From an uncultured Verrucomicrobiae bacterium (GTDB taxonomy: Bacteria > Verrucomicrobiota > Verrucomicrobiia > Chthoniobacterales > JAATET01), in the NCBI GenBank assembly GCA_963761705.1, contig CAVXHK010000001.1, forward strand, positions 259,140-323,139: a DNA stretch of 64,000 nt, in the 5' to 3' direction. A program made the translations under genes and the position numbers. The notes under the pieces are model-generated. The model worked only from the letters and a program-made list of their open reading frames with translations, made no database searches and was not told where the DNA came from. Below, piece after piece: positions 1 through 8,758 of the stretch. How positions within the stretch are numbered: position 1 is the first letter of the stretch; the number at the start of each line of letters is the position of its first letter.

Positions 1-1293
1 TCGACCGTCACCCCGCCCGCCGCGATCCGCAGCGGCTCGCCAACCCGCCCGCTCACGCTCAGGTCCAGCGCCCGCTTCGACCGCGACGGCAGGTGCCCGG
101 CGAAGCTCGCGCGCAACTCCCGGCCGAGCGCCGGGTCATCCGTTTTCCACACCCGGTCGCCGACCGACACTCCCGCCAGCTTCGTGCGGATCGGGTCGAA
201 TTCCACCCGCCGTCCCGCCACCCGCACGATCCGCCCACCGTTCTCCCGGTCCGTGTCGCCGCCCGCGTCGAAGACAATCCCGTCTCCCAGGCTCAGCGTC
301 AGATCCCCGTCCACCTCGACCCAATCCCGCCCGACCCGCGTCACCCGCCCGGCGAAAGGCCCCCGCTTCTTGCCGAACCTCGCCGGGACGAGCCGCTGAT
401 GGTTCACCCCGTGCATCCAGCCGGAAAAAAGCCCGCGCGAAAACGTCATCTCCAGCCGGTACCAATCGTCCGCCGTCACGGCGTGCGCCCGCGCGTCGAT
501 GGCCGCGTCCAGCGCCTTGCGGTACACGCTCGTCACCGCGGCGACGTATTCCGGCGTCTTGAGACGACCTTCGATTTTGAAACTTTTGATCCCCAGCGCG
601 ACCAAGTTCGGGATTTCCGCGACCGCCGCCAAATCCTGCGGCGACAGCAGATACCGCCGGTCTCCCAAGTCCCGCGTCTCCCCGTCGACGACCAATTCAT
701 ACGGCATCCGGCACGCCTGCGCGCACTCGCCCCGGTTCGCGCTCCGCTGCCCGAGCGACTCGCTGGTGAGACATTGACCCGAATACGCCACGCACAACGC
801 CCCGTGCACAAACACCTCCAACGGCACCACCGCCGGGTCAAATTTCCGGAACTCCCGCAGCGACAGCTCCCGCGCCAGCACGACCTGCCGCACCCCCAGC
901 TCCCGCGCAAACGCCACGCCCTCCGGCGAAGTGATCGTCATCTGCGTCGAGGCGTGAACCCGCAATCCGGGCGTGATCCGTCGCGCCAGGTCCGCCAGCC
1001 CCACGTCCTGAATGATCACCGCGTCCACCCCCGCGTCCTCGAAGCTCCCGCAGCTGATCCGCCGCCGCCGCCAGCTCATCGGTGAAGACTAGCACGTTGA
1101 ACGTAACGTACGCCTTCACCCCGTGGTTGTGCAGGAACGTCACCACCGCCGGGAGATCGTCGAAATTTTCCGCCCGCATCCGCGCGTTGAAAGTCGGCAG
1201 CCCGAAGAACACCGCGTCCGCCCCGCTCGCCACCGCCGCCCGCACGCAATCCCAGTCCCCGGCGGGCGCGAGAAGTTCAGGCAAAGCGGTCAT
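1..1293 (-). pseudogene. Peptidase U32 family protein, apparently frameshifted; C-terminal part runs off the left edge
   Basis: ORF 838..1293 reads MTALPELLAPAGDWDCVRAAVASGADAVFFGL...NVLVFTDELAAAADQLREL and then turns into Gly/Arg-rich junk. My manual translation of the +1 frame from 1040 downward gives EDAGVDAVIIQDVGLADLARRITPGLRVHASTQMTITSPEGV...ECAQACRMPYELVVDG...IKSFKIEGRLKTPEYV, a contiguous U32 core that continues to position 1. The frames switch at GAG CTT C (1047..1041). Confidence 0.6.
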
Positions 1294-1398
1294 CAGGATC
1301 TACCATGAACCAGGAAGGGCGTGAAAAACACGAAGGGATGAGAATTAAATGCATTCCCCCTTCCCGCTCCTCATCCCCTTCATGGTAGAAAAATCCCC

Positions 1399-1701
1399 AT
1401 GCCCACCGCACTCGCCCCCACCGTCGTCAACCGCATCGGCCACGAACTCGCCATCGCCTGGACCGACGGTGCCGAGACGTACTTCGAACTCGAGCGCCTC
1501 CGCCGCGCCTGCCCCTGCGCGGCCTGCGGGGGCGAACCCGACGTCCTCGGCCGCGTCATCCGTCCCGACGTCATCTACTCCCCCACCAGCTTCGAGCTGG
1601 CCGGCTGGGACTTCGTCGGCGGCTATGGCCTGCAGCTGCGATGGGGCGACGGCCACCGCACCGGCATCTACTCTTACGCTTACCTCCGCCGCCTCGCCTG
1701 A
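1399..1701 (+). CDS. DUF971 family protein (gamma-butyrobetaine hydroxylase N-terminal-like)
   Basis: 100-aa ORF with CPCAAC and GYGLQLRWGDGHRTGIYSYAYLR, as I recall for DUF971. Confidence 0.6.
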   Translation: MPTALAPTVVNRIGHELAIAWTDGAETYFELERLRRACPCAACGGEPDVLGRVIRPDVIYSPTSFELAGWDFVGGYGLQLRWGDGHRTGIYSYAYLRRLA

Positions 1702-1708
1702 CGCACCC

Positions 1709-2542
1709 TCACGCAAACGCCACCGCCACCAAAGGCGTCAGCAAGGCCAGGTCCGCCCACCCGCAAGTCCCATCCGCCCCCAGCCGCCGCTCCACCCACG
1801 GCGCGGCTGCGATCAACCCCGCTGACCCCAGCAGCGACAGCCCCGTCGCGCTCACACCTGCCACTCCCATGGCCGCCGCCACGGCGACCGCCAGCCCACC
1901 CGCCACCACCAGCGAGGGCCGCGCCCCCTCGCGAAACCGCACCGCGATCGACGTCTCCCCCCGCGCCAGATCCCGCTCCCGCTCCAGCCGCGCGATGAGC
2001 AAACAATTCGCGAAGCACACCACCGCAAATCCCACCGTCTCCCACGCGACCTCCCACGAGAACGCGTTCACCAACGGCACCAAGGCCGCCCCACCCGCGA
2101 AAACCAGACTCACCACGACCTCCTTCAACCACCCCCGCCCGAACCGCGAGCCCGCCAGTTGATTCCAGAAAAAATACCCCACCACCAGCGCCCCGAGCCC
2201 CGCACCAGCCGCTAACACCCGGCCCGGCAAAAACGCCAGAGCCAGCCACGCCTCCACGAGACACGCCACCCCGATTCCCACCACGAGAACTCCCGCGTGC
2301 CGCTGGCTAAACCGATGCCGCGCCGCCGTCGTCGGCCCCACTGACAGCCGGAATCCATCCAGCACCCGGTCCCCCGCGTAAATCACCCACACGGCCAGAA
2401 AAAGCGCCCCCACCTCCGCCGGATGCAACCCGTAGCCCGCCGTCCGGGCGAAAAGCCACTGCCAGGCAACCGTAATGAGCGGCGCGTCCAGGTTGAGCAC
2501 GTTCAGCCACAGATACCAAGGGATCGCCGACCGCTCCTTCAT
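1709..2542 (-). CDS. Polytopic membrane protein, UbiA-superfamily prenyltransferase-like (tentative)
   Basis: 277 aa, many hydrophobic helices, and an Asp-rich YAGDRVLDG motif after the second helix. Family assignment is from motif memory only. Confidence 0.4.
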   Translation of the reverse strand: MKERSAIPWYLWLNVLNLDAPLITVAWQWLFARTAGYGLHPAEVGALFLAVWVIYAGDRVLDGFRLSVGPTTAARHRFSQRHAGVLVVGIGVACLVEAWLALAFLPGRVLAAGAGLGALVVGYFFWNQLAGSRFGRGWLKEVVVSLVFAGGAALVPLVNAFSWEVAWETVGFAVVCFANCLLIARLERERDLARGETSIAVRFREGARPSLVVAGGLAVAVAAAMGVAGVSATGLSLLGSAGLIAAAPWVERRLGADGTCGWADLALLTPLVAVAFA

Positions 2543-2590
2543 TCAGCAAGACTTGTCGCTCTCGCCCCGCCACGCTACATCATTTCGGAT

Positions 2591-3778
2591 ATGTCAGCGG
2601 TATTAGCACTTGAGGACGGACGGGTTTTTCGAGGAGACGCGTTCGGCGCGAAGACCACGACCGTCGGGGAGATCTGCTTCAACACGGCGATGACCGGCTA
2701 CCAGGAGATCCTCACCGATCCATCCTACCGTGGCCAGATCGTCGCCATGACCGCCCCGCAGATCGGCAACTACGGGTCCAACGACCTCGACGTCGAGAGC
2801 GACGCCCCGCACGTCCGCGGCTTCGTGATCGAAGAACTCAGCCGCATCCCGAGCAACTGGCGCTCGCAGCTGAGCCTCGAAGACTTCCTGGAAAAAAATG
2901 GCATCCCGGGCATCGAATCCATCGACACCCGTGCCCTCACGCGCCACCTGCGGACCCGCGGCGCGATGCGAGCCTGCGTGTCGACCGAGGACCTCTCCGA
3001 CGACGCAGCGGTTGAGCGCGCCCGCGCGGCGAACTACTCCGCCGTCGATTTCGTCGCCGAAGTCACCCCCGCCGCACCCTACGAATGGGACGCAGCCGGC
3101 GAGCGCAGCCGGACCTGGGTGCAGGCAAAAGAAGTCGCCGCCAGCACGGGCGACGCCGACGCGATGGGCAACGTCTTCCAACCCGCCGTCCCCATCGAGC
3201 GCCACATCGTCGCCTACGATTTCGGGATGAAAAAAAACATCCTCCGACTCCTGCGAGCGGCCGGTTTCGGCGTCCAGGTGGTCCCCGCCCGCACCAGCGC
3301 CGCGGACGTTCTCGCGATGAAGCCCGACGGCGTTTTTCTGTCGAACGGCCCCGGCGATCCCGGCGTCCTCGACTACGCTCACGAGACCGCCCGCGAACTT
3401 ATCGGCAAGATCCCCATCTTCGGCATCTGCCTTGGCCACCAGGTTCTCGCCTACGCGTTTGGCGGCAAGACGTTCAAGCTCAAGTTCGGCCACCGCGGCG
3501 CAAACCAACCCGTGAAAGACCTCCGCACGGGTCGCATCGCCATCACCTCGCAGAACCACGGCTACGCGATCGACCCCGATTCACTTCCCGACAACGTCGA
3601 GGTCACTCACATCAATCTCAACGACAACACCGTCGCCGGCATCGCGCACAAAACCCACCCGGTCTTTAGCGTGCAGCACCATCCCGAGGCCTCTCCCGGC
3701 CCCCGCGACGCCGCGTATTTCTTTGACCAGTTCGCGAAAACTGTCGATGAATACCGCTCGATCTCCAAGCCCTCCTGA
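2591..3778 (+). CDS. carA: Carbamoyl-phosphate synthase small (glutamine amidotransferase) subunit
   Basis: MSAVLALEDGRVFRG...NTAMTGYQEILTDPSYRGQIV and GATase region PIFGICLGHQ...VQHHPE. I chose ATG 2591 rather than the upstream in-frame start at 2423, whose extension is Arg/Pro-rich. Confidence 0.93.
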   Translation: MSAVLALEDGRVFRGDAFGAKTTTVGEICFNTAMTGYQEILTDPSYRGQIVAMTAPQIGNYGSNDLDVESDAPHVRGFVIEELSRIPSNWRSQLSLEDFLEKNGIPGIESIDTRALTRHLRTRGAMRACVSTEDLSDDAAVERARAANYSAVDFVAEVTPAAPYEWDAAGERSRTWVQAKEVAASTGDADAMGNVFQPAVPIERHIVAYDFGMKKNILRLLRAAGFGVQVVPARTSAADVLAMKPDGVFLSNGPGDPGVLDYAHETARELIGKIPIFGICLGHQVLAYAFGGKTFKLKFGHRGANQPVKDLRTGRIAITSQNHGYAIDPDSLPDNVEVTHINLNDNTVAGIAHKTHPVFSVQHHPEASPGPRDAAYFFDQFAKTVDEYRSISKPS

Positions 3779-3782
3779 CCCG

Positions 3783-4292
3783 ATGAACAAGCTCCGCATC
3801 ACCCTCCCCGACGGCACGCCGCTCACCCACGACCTCGCCGAAGACCGTGTCAGCGTCGGCCGTCTGCCCGAGAACGACCTCCAGATCGAAGACGACTCCG
3901 TCTCCAGCCTCCACGGCGAGATCACCTACGACGGCACCGCCCACCAACTCACCGACCTCGGCTCGACCAACGGCACCTTCGTCAACGGCTCGCAAGTGAC
4001 GGAGGCAACCCTCTCGCCCGGCGATCAAGTCCGCTTCGGCCAGATCGACTGCGTCTACGAGGGCGAAATAGGCACTCCCGGGTCCGCGCCGATGCCCAAC
4101 TCCGGTCCGGCCACCGTCGCTCTCGGCGAGGGCAGCGCCCGCCCGCCCGGCTTCGTTAGCGCATCCCCTTTCCCGAAGCTTGCCGAGCAGAACGGCCCCA
4201 TCGCCAAAGTCGCCGTCGCCTTCGCGATCCTCGGAGCCCTCGCCTTTGCCGCCGCCGTCTTCATGACGGTCCAAATGCAAGCCCCCGTCTAG
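3783..4292 (+). CDS. FHA domain protein with C-terminal membrane anchor
   Basis: VSVGRLPENDLQIEDDSVSSLHGEI...LTDLGSTNGTFVNG is an FHA core. The C-terminal hydrophobic stretch is IAKVAVAFAILGALAFAAAVF. Start taken at MNKLRITL. Confidence 0.8.
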   Translation: MNKLRITLPDGTPLTHDLAEDRVSVGRLPENDLQIEDDSVSSLHGEITYDGTAHQLTDLGSTNGTFVNGSQVTEATLSPGDQVRFGQIDCVYEGEIGTPGSAPMPNSGPATVALGEGSARPPGFVSASPFPKLAEQNGPIAKVAVAFAILGALAFAAAVFMTVQMQAPV

Positions 4293-4400
4293 GTCCGCCC
4301 CGGGCCGAGGCATTTCGTCCCCGCACTGGCACCACGACGATCAGCAATTTCATCGTCGGGAGGTTGACAGCGCCCGGGATGACGGGAAACTCTTTCATCC

Positions 4401-5570
4401 ATGCCGAGTTCTTCGTTTTCCGTATTTGTCGAGGGACCGTTCTCGGCCGAGGCCGCCCGCACGGCGGCCGTTTCGCTCCGTGACCACCTCGGAGCCCCCG
4501 CGACCATCGCGTTCGCCTTCGTCACGCCCGACTACCTCGGCCACCTCGACGAATTTATCGACACCGTCCGCGTCGACGGTCACGTCGCCGAAGTCGTCGG
4601 TTGCACCGCCTCGACCCTCATCGCCGACGACGAGGAAAAGGAGGGCACCCTCGGGTTCGTGCTCATGGGCCTGCATTCCCCCGACTCGACGACCCGCATC
4701 GTCGACCTCTCGACGGACCGCATGGAGGCATCCACCGGCTCCGAGTCGTGGCACGACGAGGCCGCTGGCGTGAACGGCTGGGTCGTCCTCGGCAATCCCT
4801 TCGGCTTCCCCGCCGACCAGTGGCTCACCGAGTGGAGCGGCGTCACGCCGGAGACCCCCGTCATCGGCGGCCTCGCCAGCGGCGGAGAAGCCGAAGCCGA
4901 GGTCGCGGTCTTCCACAACTCCGTCCTCATCGATGGTGCGGTCGCCGTCGGTTTCTCGGGTGCGTTGCAGATCGTCCCCGCAGTGAGCCAAGGCTGCCGG
5001 CCCATCGGCGAAGCACTCCCGGTCACGAAAGCCGAGGACAACGTCGTCTTTTCGCTCGGCTCTCGCCCGGCCTACCAGGCCCTCGAGACGGCCTTCGAAT
5101 CGCTCTCGGAGAACGAGCGCTCCCACGCACAGGGCAATCTCTTCGCCGGTCTCGCGAACAACGAATACATCGACGAATTCCGCTCGGGCGACTTCCTCAT
5201 CCGCAACATCATCGGTGCCGATCCGAACTCCGGCGCGGTCGTCATCGGCGGCATTCCGCGCATCGGCCAGACGCTGCAATACCAGCTCCGCGACGGCGAA
5301 GCGGCCGACGCCGATCTGCGCGGCGTGCTCCAGGCCCTCCCGTCCGCCCACCCGAAGACTCCCGTGGCGTCACTCGTTTTCAGCTGCCTGGGACGGGGGA
5401 CCAACCTCTTCAGCGAACCCAATCACGACGCCGGCCTCGTTCAGCAAACGCTGCACGCCCACCCGTCGGCCGGCTTTTTCGGCAACGGCGAGATCGGGCC
5501 CATCGGCGGGAAAAATTGCGTTCACGGCTACACGGCTTCGTGCGCGCTCTTCTACGATCGAGCAGTCTAG
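4401..5570 (+). CDS. FIST-domain signal-sensing protein (FIST_N + FIST_C)
   Basis: 389 aa. The layout ...AFAFVTPDY...VVGCTAS... then ...SLVFSCLGRG...NHD...FFGNGEIGP resembles FIST N/C domains from memory. Confidence 0.55.
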   Translation: MPSSSFSVFVEGPFSAEAARTAAVSLRDHLGAPATIAFAFVTPDYLGHLDEFIDTVRVDGHVAEVVGCTASTLIADDEEKEGTLGFVLMGLHSPDSTTRIVDLSTDRMEASTGSESWHDEAAGVNGWVVLGNPFGFPADQWLTEWSGVTPETPVIGGLASGGEAEAEVAVFHNSVLIDGAVAVGFSGALQIVPAVSQGCRPIGEALPVTKAEDNVVFSLGSRPAYQALETAFESLSENERSHAQGNLFAGLANNEYIDEFRSGDFLIRNIIGADPNSGAVVIGGIPRIGQTLQYQLRDGEAADADLRGVLQALPSAHPKTPVASLVFSCLGRGTNLFSEPNHDAGLVQQTLHAHPSAGFFGNGEIGPIGGKNCVHGYTASCALFYDRAV

Positions 5571-5573
5571 ATC

Positions 5574-6680
5574 ATGGGCAAGAAATCCTCGATCGGACTC
5601 GTCTTTTTCTTCGCCGTCGTGCTCTGCGCGGTGGGCGGCGCGGCGTGGTTTTTCCTCCAGGGCGATTTGCTCGAGGCGGACGCCGACGTTCCCAGCGACC
5701 TCATCACCCAAGCCGAGCGCCGCGACATCGAATCGAAGCTTCTCCTCTCCGGGGAAGTCATCCCGGCCTTCCAGGTCGACGTGAAACCCGAGGTCGGCGG
5801 CAAGGTCAAATCCCTCGACGTCGAGACCGGGCAGGTCGTCAAAAAAGGCGACCTCCTCGCCGTCATCGACGACACCGATCTGCTCACTGAAAAAGCCGCC
5901 GCCGGCACCGAGATCGCCGGAGCCCAGCTCTCCGTCGACAAAAACCGCGGCAACTACCAACGCGCCAAAGCCCTCTTCGACGAGAAACTCATCAGCAAGG
6001 AAGTCTACGCCAACCTCGAAGCGGACATGCTCATCTCGGAGAACTCACTCCTCAAAGCCGAGAGCCGCATGCGCTCCGTCGAAGATCGCCTCAGCAAGAC
6101 CCGCATCGTCGCCCCCGCCGACGGTACCATTCTCAACATCCCCGTCAACGAAGGCCAGGTCGTCACCGCCGCCGCGAGCGTGAACTCCGGCACGCTCCTC
6201 ATGACCTTCGCCGACCTCTCCCGCCTCCTCATCGATACCCACGTCAACCAGATGGACGTCGCCAAAGTGAAGCCGAAGCAGGACGTCGACGTGAACATGC
6301 AGGGTGCCGACGCCCGCACGATCCAAGCCCGCGTCGAGTTCGTCGCCCCGCTCGCCACGGTCAAAAACAACATCAAGGGCTTCCAAGTCCAGGCCCTCAT
6401 CCTCGACAACGAAGGCCGCCTGAAGCCCGGAATGTCCGTGAGCATGACGGTCCCCATCGGCGAATCGAAAGCCGCCCTCAGCGTACCCATCGCCGCCGTC
6501 TTCAGCGAAGACGACGAGAATGTCGTCTACGTTAAGTCGTCCAAACAAGGCCAGATCGCCGACCGCCGCATCGTCACCGTCGGCTTGTCGAACCTGTCGT
6601 TCGCGGAGATCACCTCCGGCCTGGAGGAAGGCGAAGAAATTCTCCTCGTGAACCCACGCCTGCTCAAATCGAACTCCTGA
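5574..6680 (+). CDS. Efflux transporter periplasmic adaptor (HlyD/MacA family)
   Basis: N-terminal TM segment, lipoyl-like VKKGDLLAVIDD, a coiled-coil segment, and beta-barrel motifs RIVAPADGTILNIPVNEGQVV and LKPGMSVSMTV. Confidence 0.85.
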   Translation: MGKKSSIGLVFFFAVVLCAVGGAAWFFLQGDLLEADADVPSDLITQAERRDIESKLLLSGEVIPAFQVDVKPEVGGKVKSLDVETGQVVKKGDLLAVIDDTDLLTEKAAAGTEIAGAQLSVDKNRGNYQRAKALFDEKLISKEVYANLEADMLISENSLLKAESRMRSVEDRLSKTRIVAPADGTILNIPVNEGQVVTAAASVNSGTLLMTFADLSRLLIDTHVNQMDVAKVKPKQDVDVNMQGADARTIQARVEFVAPLATVKNNIKGFQVQALILDNEGRLKPGMSVSMTVPIGESKAALSVPIAAVFSEDDENVVYVKSSKQGQIADRRIVTVGLSNLSFAEITSGLEEGEEILLVNPRLLKSNS

Positions 6681-6681
6681 C

Positions 6682-7392
6682 GTGGCCACCGTCCTCGTCG
6701 ATCTCGAAAACGTCCGCAAGACCTACGTCCTCGGCGACCAGGAAATCCACGCTCTCGGCGGCGTGACCCTCCAAATCCACGAGGGGGAATTCGTCGCCAT
6801 CACGGGTCCCAGCGGCAGCGGCAAGTCGACGCTCATGCACCTCCTCGGCTGCCTCGACACCCCCACCTCCGGGCGCATGGAGATCTGCGGTCACGACATC
6901 GTCGCCGCGTCGTCCGACCGACTCTCGATGATCCGTAACCGCGAGATCGGGTTCGTCTTTCAATCGTTCAACCTCCTGCCCCGCCTCGACGTCGTCGAAA
7001 ACGTCGCCATGCCGATGATCTACGCCGGCGTCGGCCAGCGCAAACGCCGCGCTCGCGCCCGGGAACTCGTCGATCGCGTCGGTCTCGGCGACCGAGCGCG
7101 CAACCGCCCCACCCAGCTCAGCGGCGGCCAATGCCAGCGCGTCGCCATCGCCCGCGCTCTCGTCAACGACCCAAAAATCCTCTTCGGCGACGAACCCACC
7201 GGCAACCTCGACAGCACCACCGGCAAAATGATTCTCGGCATGTTCCGCGAACTTCACGACTCCGGCCGCACCGTCGTTCTCGTCACGCACGATCCGAGCG
7301 TCGCCGCCGTCACGGACCGCGTGATCGAGATCCGCGACGGCGTCGTCCACCGCGTCTACGACCCGCAGCAAGAGGGGAGGGAGGCGGCATGA
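6682..7392 (+). CDS. ABC transporter ATP-binding protein (MacB/LolD type)
   Basis: Walker [10 protein letters not shown], signature [15 protein letters not shown], Walker [16 protein letters not shown] start lies 1 nt after the adaptor stop. Confidence 0.9.
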   Translation: MATVLVDLENVRKTYVLGDQEIHALGGVTLQIHEGEFVAITGPSGSGKSTLMHLLGCLDTPTSGRMEICGHDIVAASSDRLSMIRNREIGFVFQSFNLLPRLDVVENVAMPMIYAGVGQRKRRARARELVDRVGLGDRARNRPTQLSGGQCQRVAIARALVNDPKILFGDEPTGNLDSTTGKMILGMFRELHDSGRTVVLVTHDPSVAAVTDRVIEIRDGVVHRVYDPQQEGREAA

Positions 7393-8705
7393 TGTTTTGG
7401 ATCACCGTCGAAACCGGCGTCCGCGAGATTTTCTCGCATAAATTCCGGAGCTTCCTCTCGATGCTCGGCATCGTCCTTGGGGTCAGCAGCCTCATCGCAA
7501 CCCTGGCGCTCACGGACGGCATCGAGCGCAGCTCGCGCGAGTTCATGGCGAACATGGGCGGCATCGAGATGGTGAAGATCGTCGACAAGGACATCTCCGA
7601 CGAGAACCTCGATTTCTGGAATTTGTCACCCGGTCGCACCCTCCAGGACGCGGAAGCCATCCGCCGCTCAGCCCCACTCGTGTCCTACGTCTCGCCCGAG
7701 TTCGACGACGGCATGCCGGTCTCCGTCGGCGGGAACCGCATGCGAACGCGCGTGCGTGGTGTCTGGCCGGAATACGTCGAAGCCACCGACACGCAGCTCG
7801 CAGTCGGGCGCACGATCTCCGACCTCGACGTCGAGCGAGCGACCCGCACGGTCGCCATCGGAGCCTCGGTCGCCGCCCAGCTGTGGCCCTACCTCTCGCC
7901 CGAACAAACGCTCGGGAAACAAATTTTTCTCCAACAGACGCCATTCGAAGTGATCGGCGTCTTCCAGCTTTACCAGCGCGAAAGCGACAAGGAGGAGGAC
8001 AAGGATCAGAAAGCTCGGCGGGAAGCCCGCGGGGCCGGGAGGTCGGGGTGGGATCCCTTCCGCTGGAAGAACGAAGCCGTCGTCATCCCGATCACGACCA
8101 TGTTTCACGAATTTCAGTCCGGACTCTTTCCGGAGGATTCGATCGACACGGTGCGCATCCGCGACCTCACGTTTCGCGTGAGCGACTTAGAAAATTTCGA
8201 CGCGACCCTCGATCAGGTGCGCGCCGCCTTGAACAAAACCCACCGCGGCGTCGACGACTTCGGCTTCGATACGCGCGAGGATTGGTTCGACAACATGAAC
8301 GCCCAGATCGCCGCCACCCGCACGAGCGGTGGCCTCATCGCCGGCATCAGCCTGCTCGTCGGCGGCATCGGCATCGCGAACATCATGCTCGCCAGCATTT
8401 CCGAGCGCGTACGCGAGATCGGCATCCGCCGCGCGGTCGGCGCGCGCGGACGCGACATTTTTCTCCAGATCATCATCGAAAGCGTTTCGACCGCCCTCAT
8501 GGGCGGCGTCCTCGGCGTCTTCGTTGGCTTCGGCCTCATCGAGCTCATCGGCTACGTCGCCCCGAGCGACAGCCCGCCCATCGTTCAAGCCAGCAGCATC
8601 GTCCTCAGCGTCGCCTTCGCGGCCGTCGCCGGCGTCCTCTCCGGCATCTACCCCGCCATGCAAGCCTCGCGCCTCGATCCCATTCAGGCCCTCCGGTACG
8701 AGTAA
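7389..8705 (+). CDS. ABC transporter permease (MacB_PCD + FtsX domains)
   Basis: [34 protein letters not shown] at the N-terminus and FtsX-like C-terminus GISLLVGGIGIANIMLASISERVREIGIRRAVGA. ATG 7389 overlaps the upstream stop (ATGA). Confidence 0.88.
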   Translation: MMFWITVETGVREIFSHKFRSFLSMLGIVLGVSSLIATLALTDGIERSSREFMANMGGIEMVKIVDKDISDENLDFWNLSPGRTLQDAEAIRRSAPLVSYVSPEFDDGMPVSVGGNRMRTRVRGVWPEYVEATDTQLAVGRTISDLDVERATRTVAIGASVAAQLWPYLSPEQTLGKQIFLQQTPFEVIGVFQLYQRESDKEEDKDQKARREARGAGRSGWDPFRWKNEAVVIPITTMFHEFQSGLFPEDSIDTVRIRDLTFRVSDLENFDATLDQVRAALNKTHRGVDDFGFDTREDWFDNMNAQIAATRTSGGLIAGISLLVGGIGIANIMLASISERVREIGIRRAVGARGRDIFLQIIIESVSTALMGGVLGVFVGFGLIELIGYVAPSDSPPIVQASSIVLSVAFAAVAGVLSGIYPAMQASRLDPIQALRYE

Positions 8706-8758
8706 GCCCTCCGGCACGAGTCCGGGAATCCGCGGCATCGGCTTCCAGCTGATGGTGG

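Noticed and set aside
93-1085. 330-aa + strand ORF, and other long Arg/Pro-rich ORFs (4601..5890, 11568..13085, 16925..17971, 20940..22094, 28010..28873)
   Set aside because: All are antisense to, or out of frame with, genes that have clear family signatures. Their extreme R/P/G/A composition indicates high-GC shadow ORFs.
2423-2590. N-terminal extensions of carA and of other genes (tolB to 28079, the histidine kinase from 28001, the MBL hydrolase to 32039, the LuxC-like gene to 40885, cysC from 40448, cysD from 41406)
   Set aside because: The extensions are Arg/Pro-rich and lack similarity to the respective families. Internal ATG or GTG codons give canonical N-termini or signal peptides, often with tidy spacing or 4-nt overlaps to the upstream gene.
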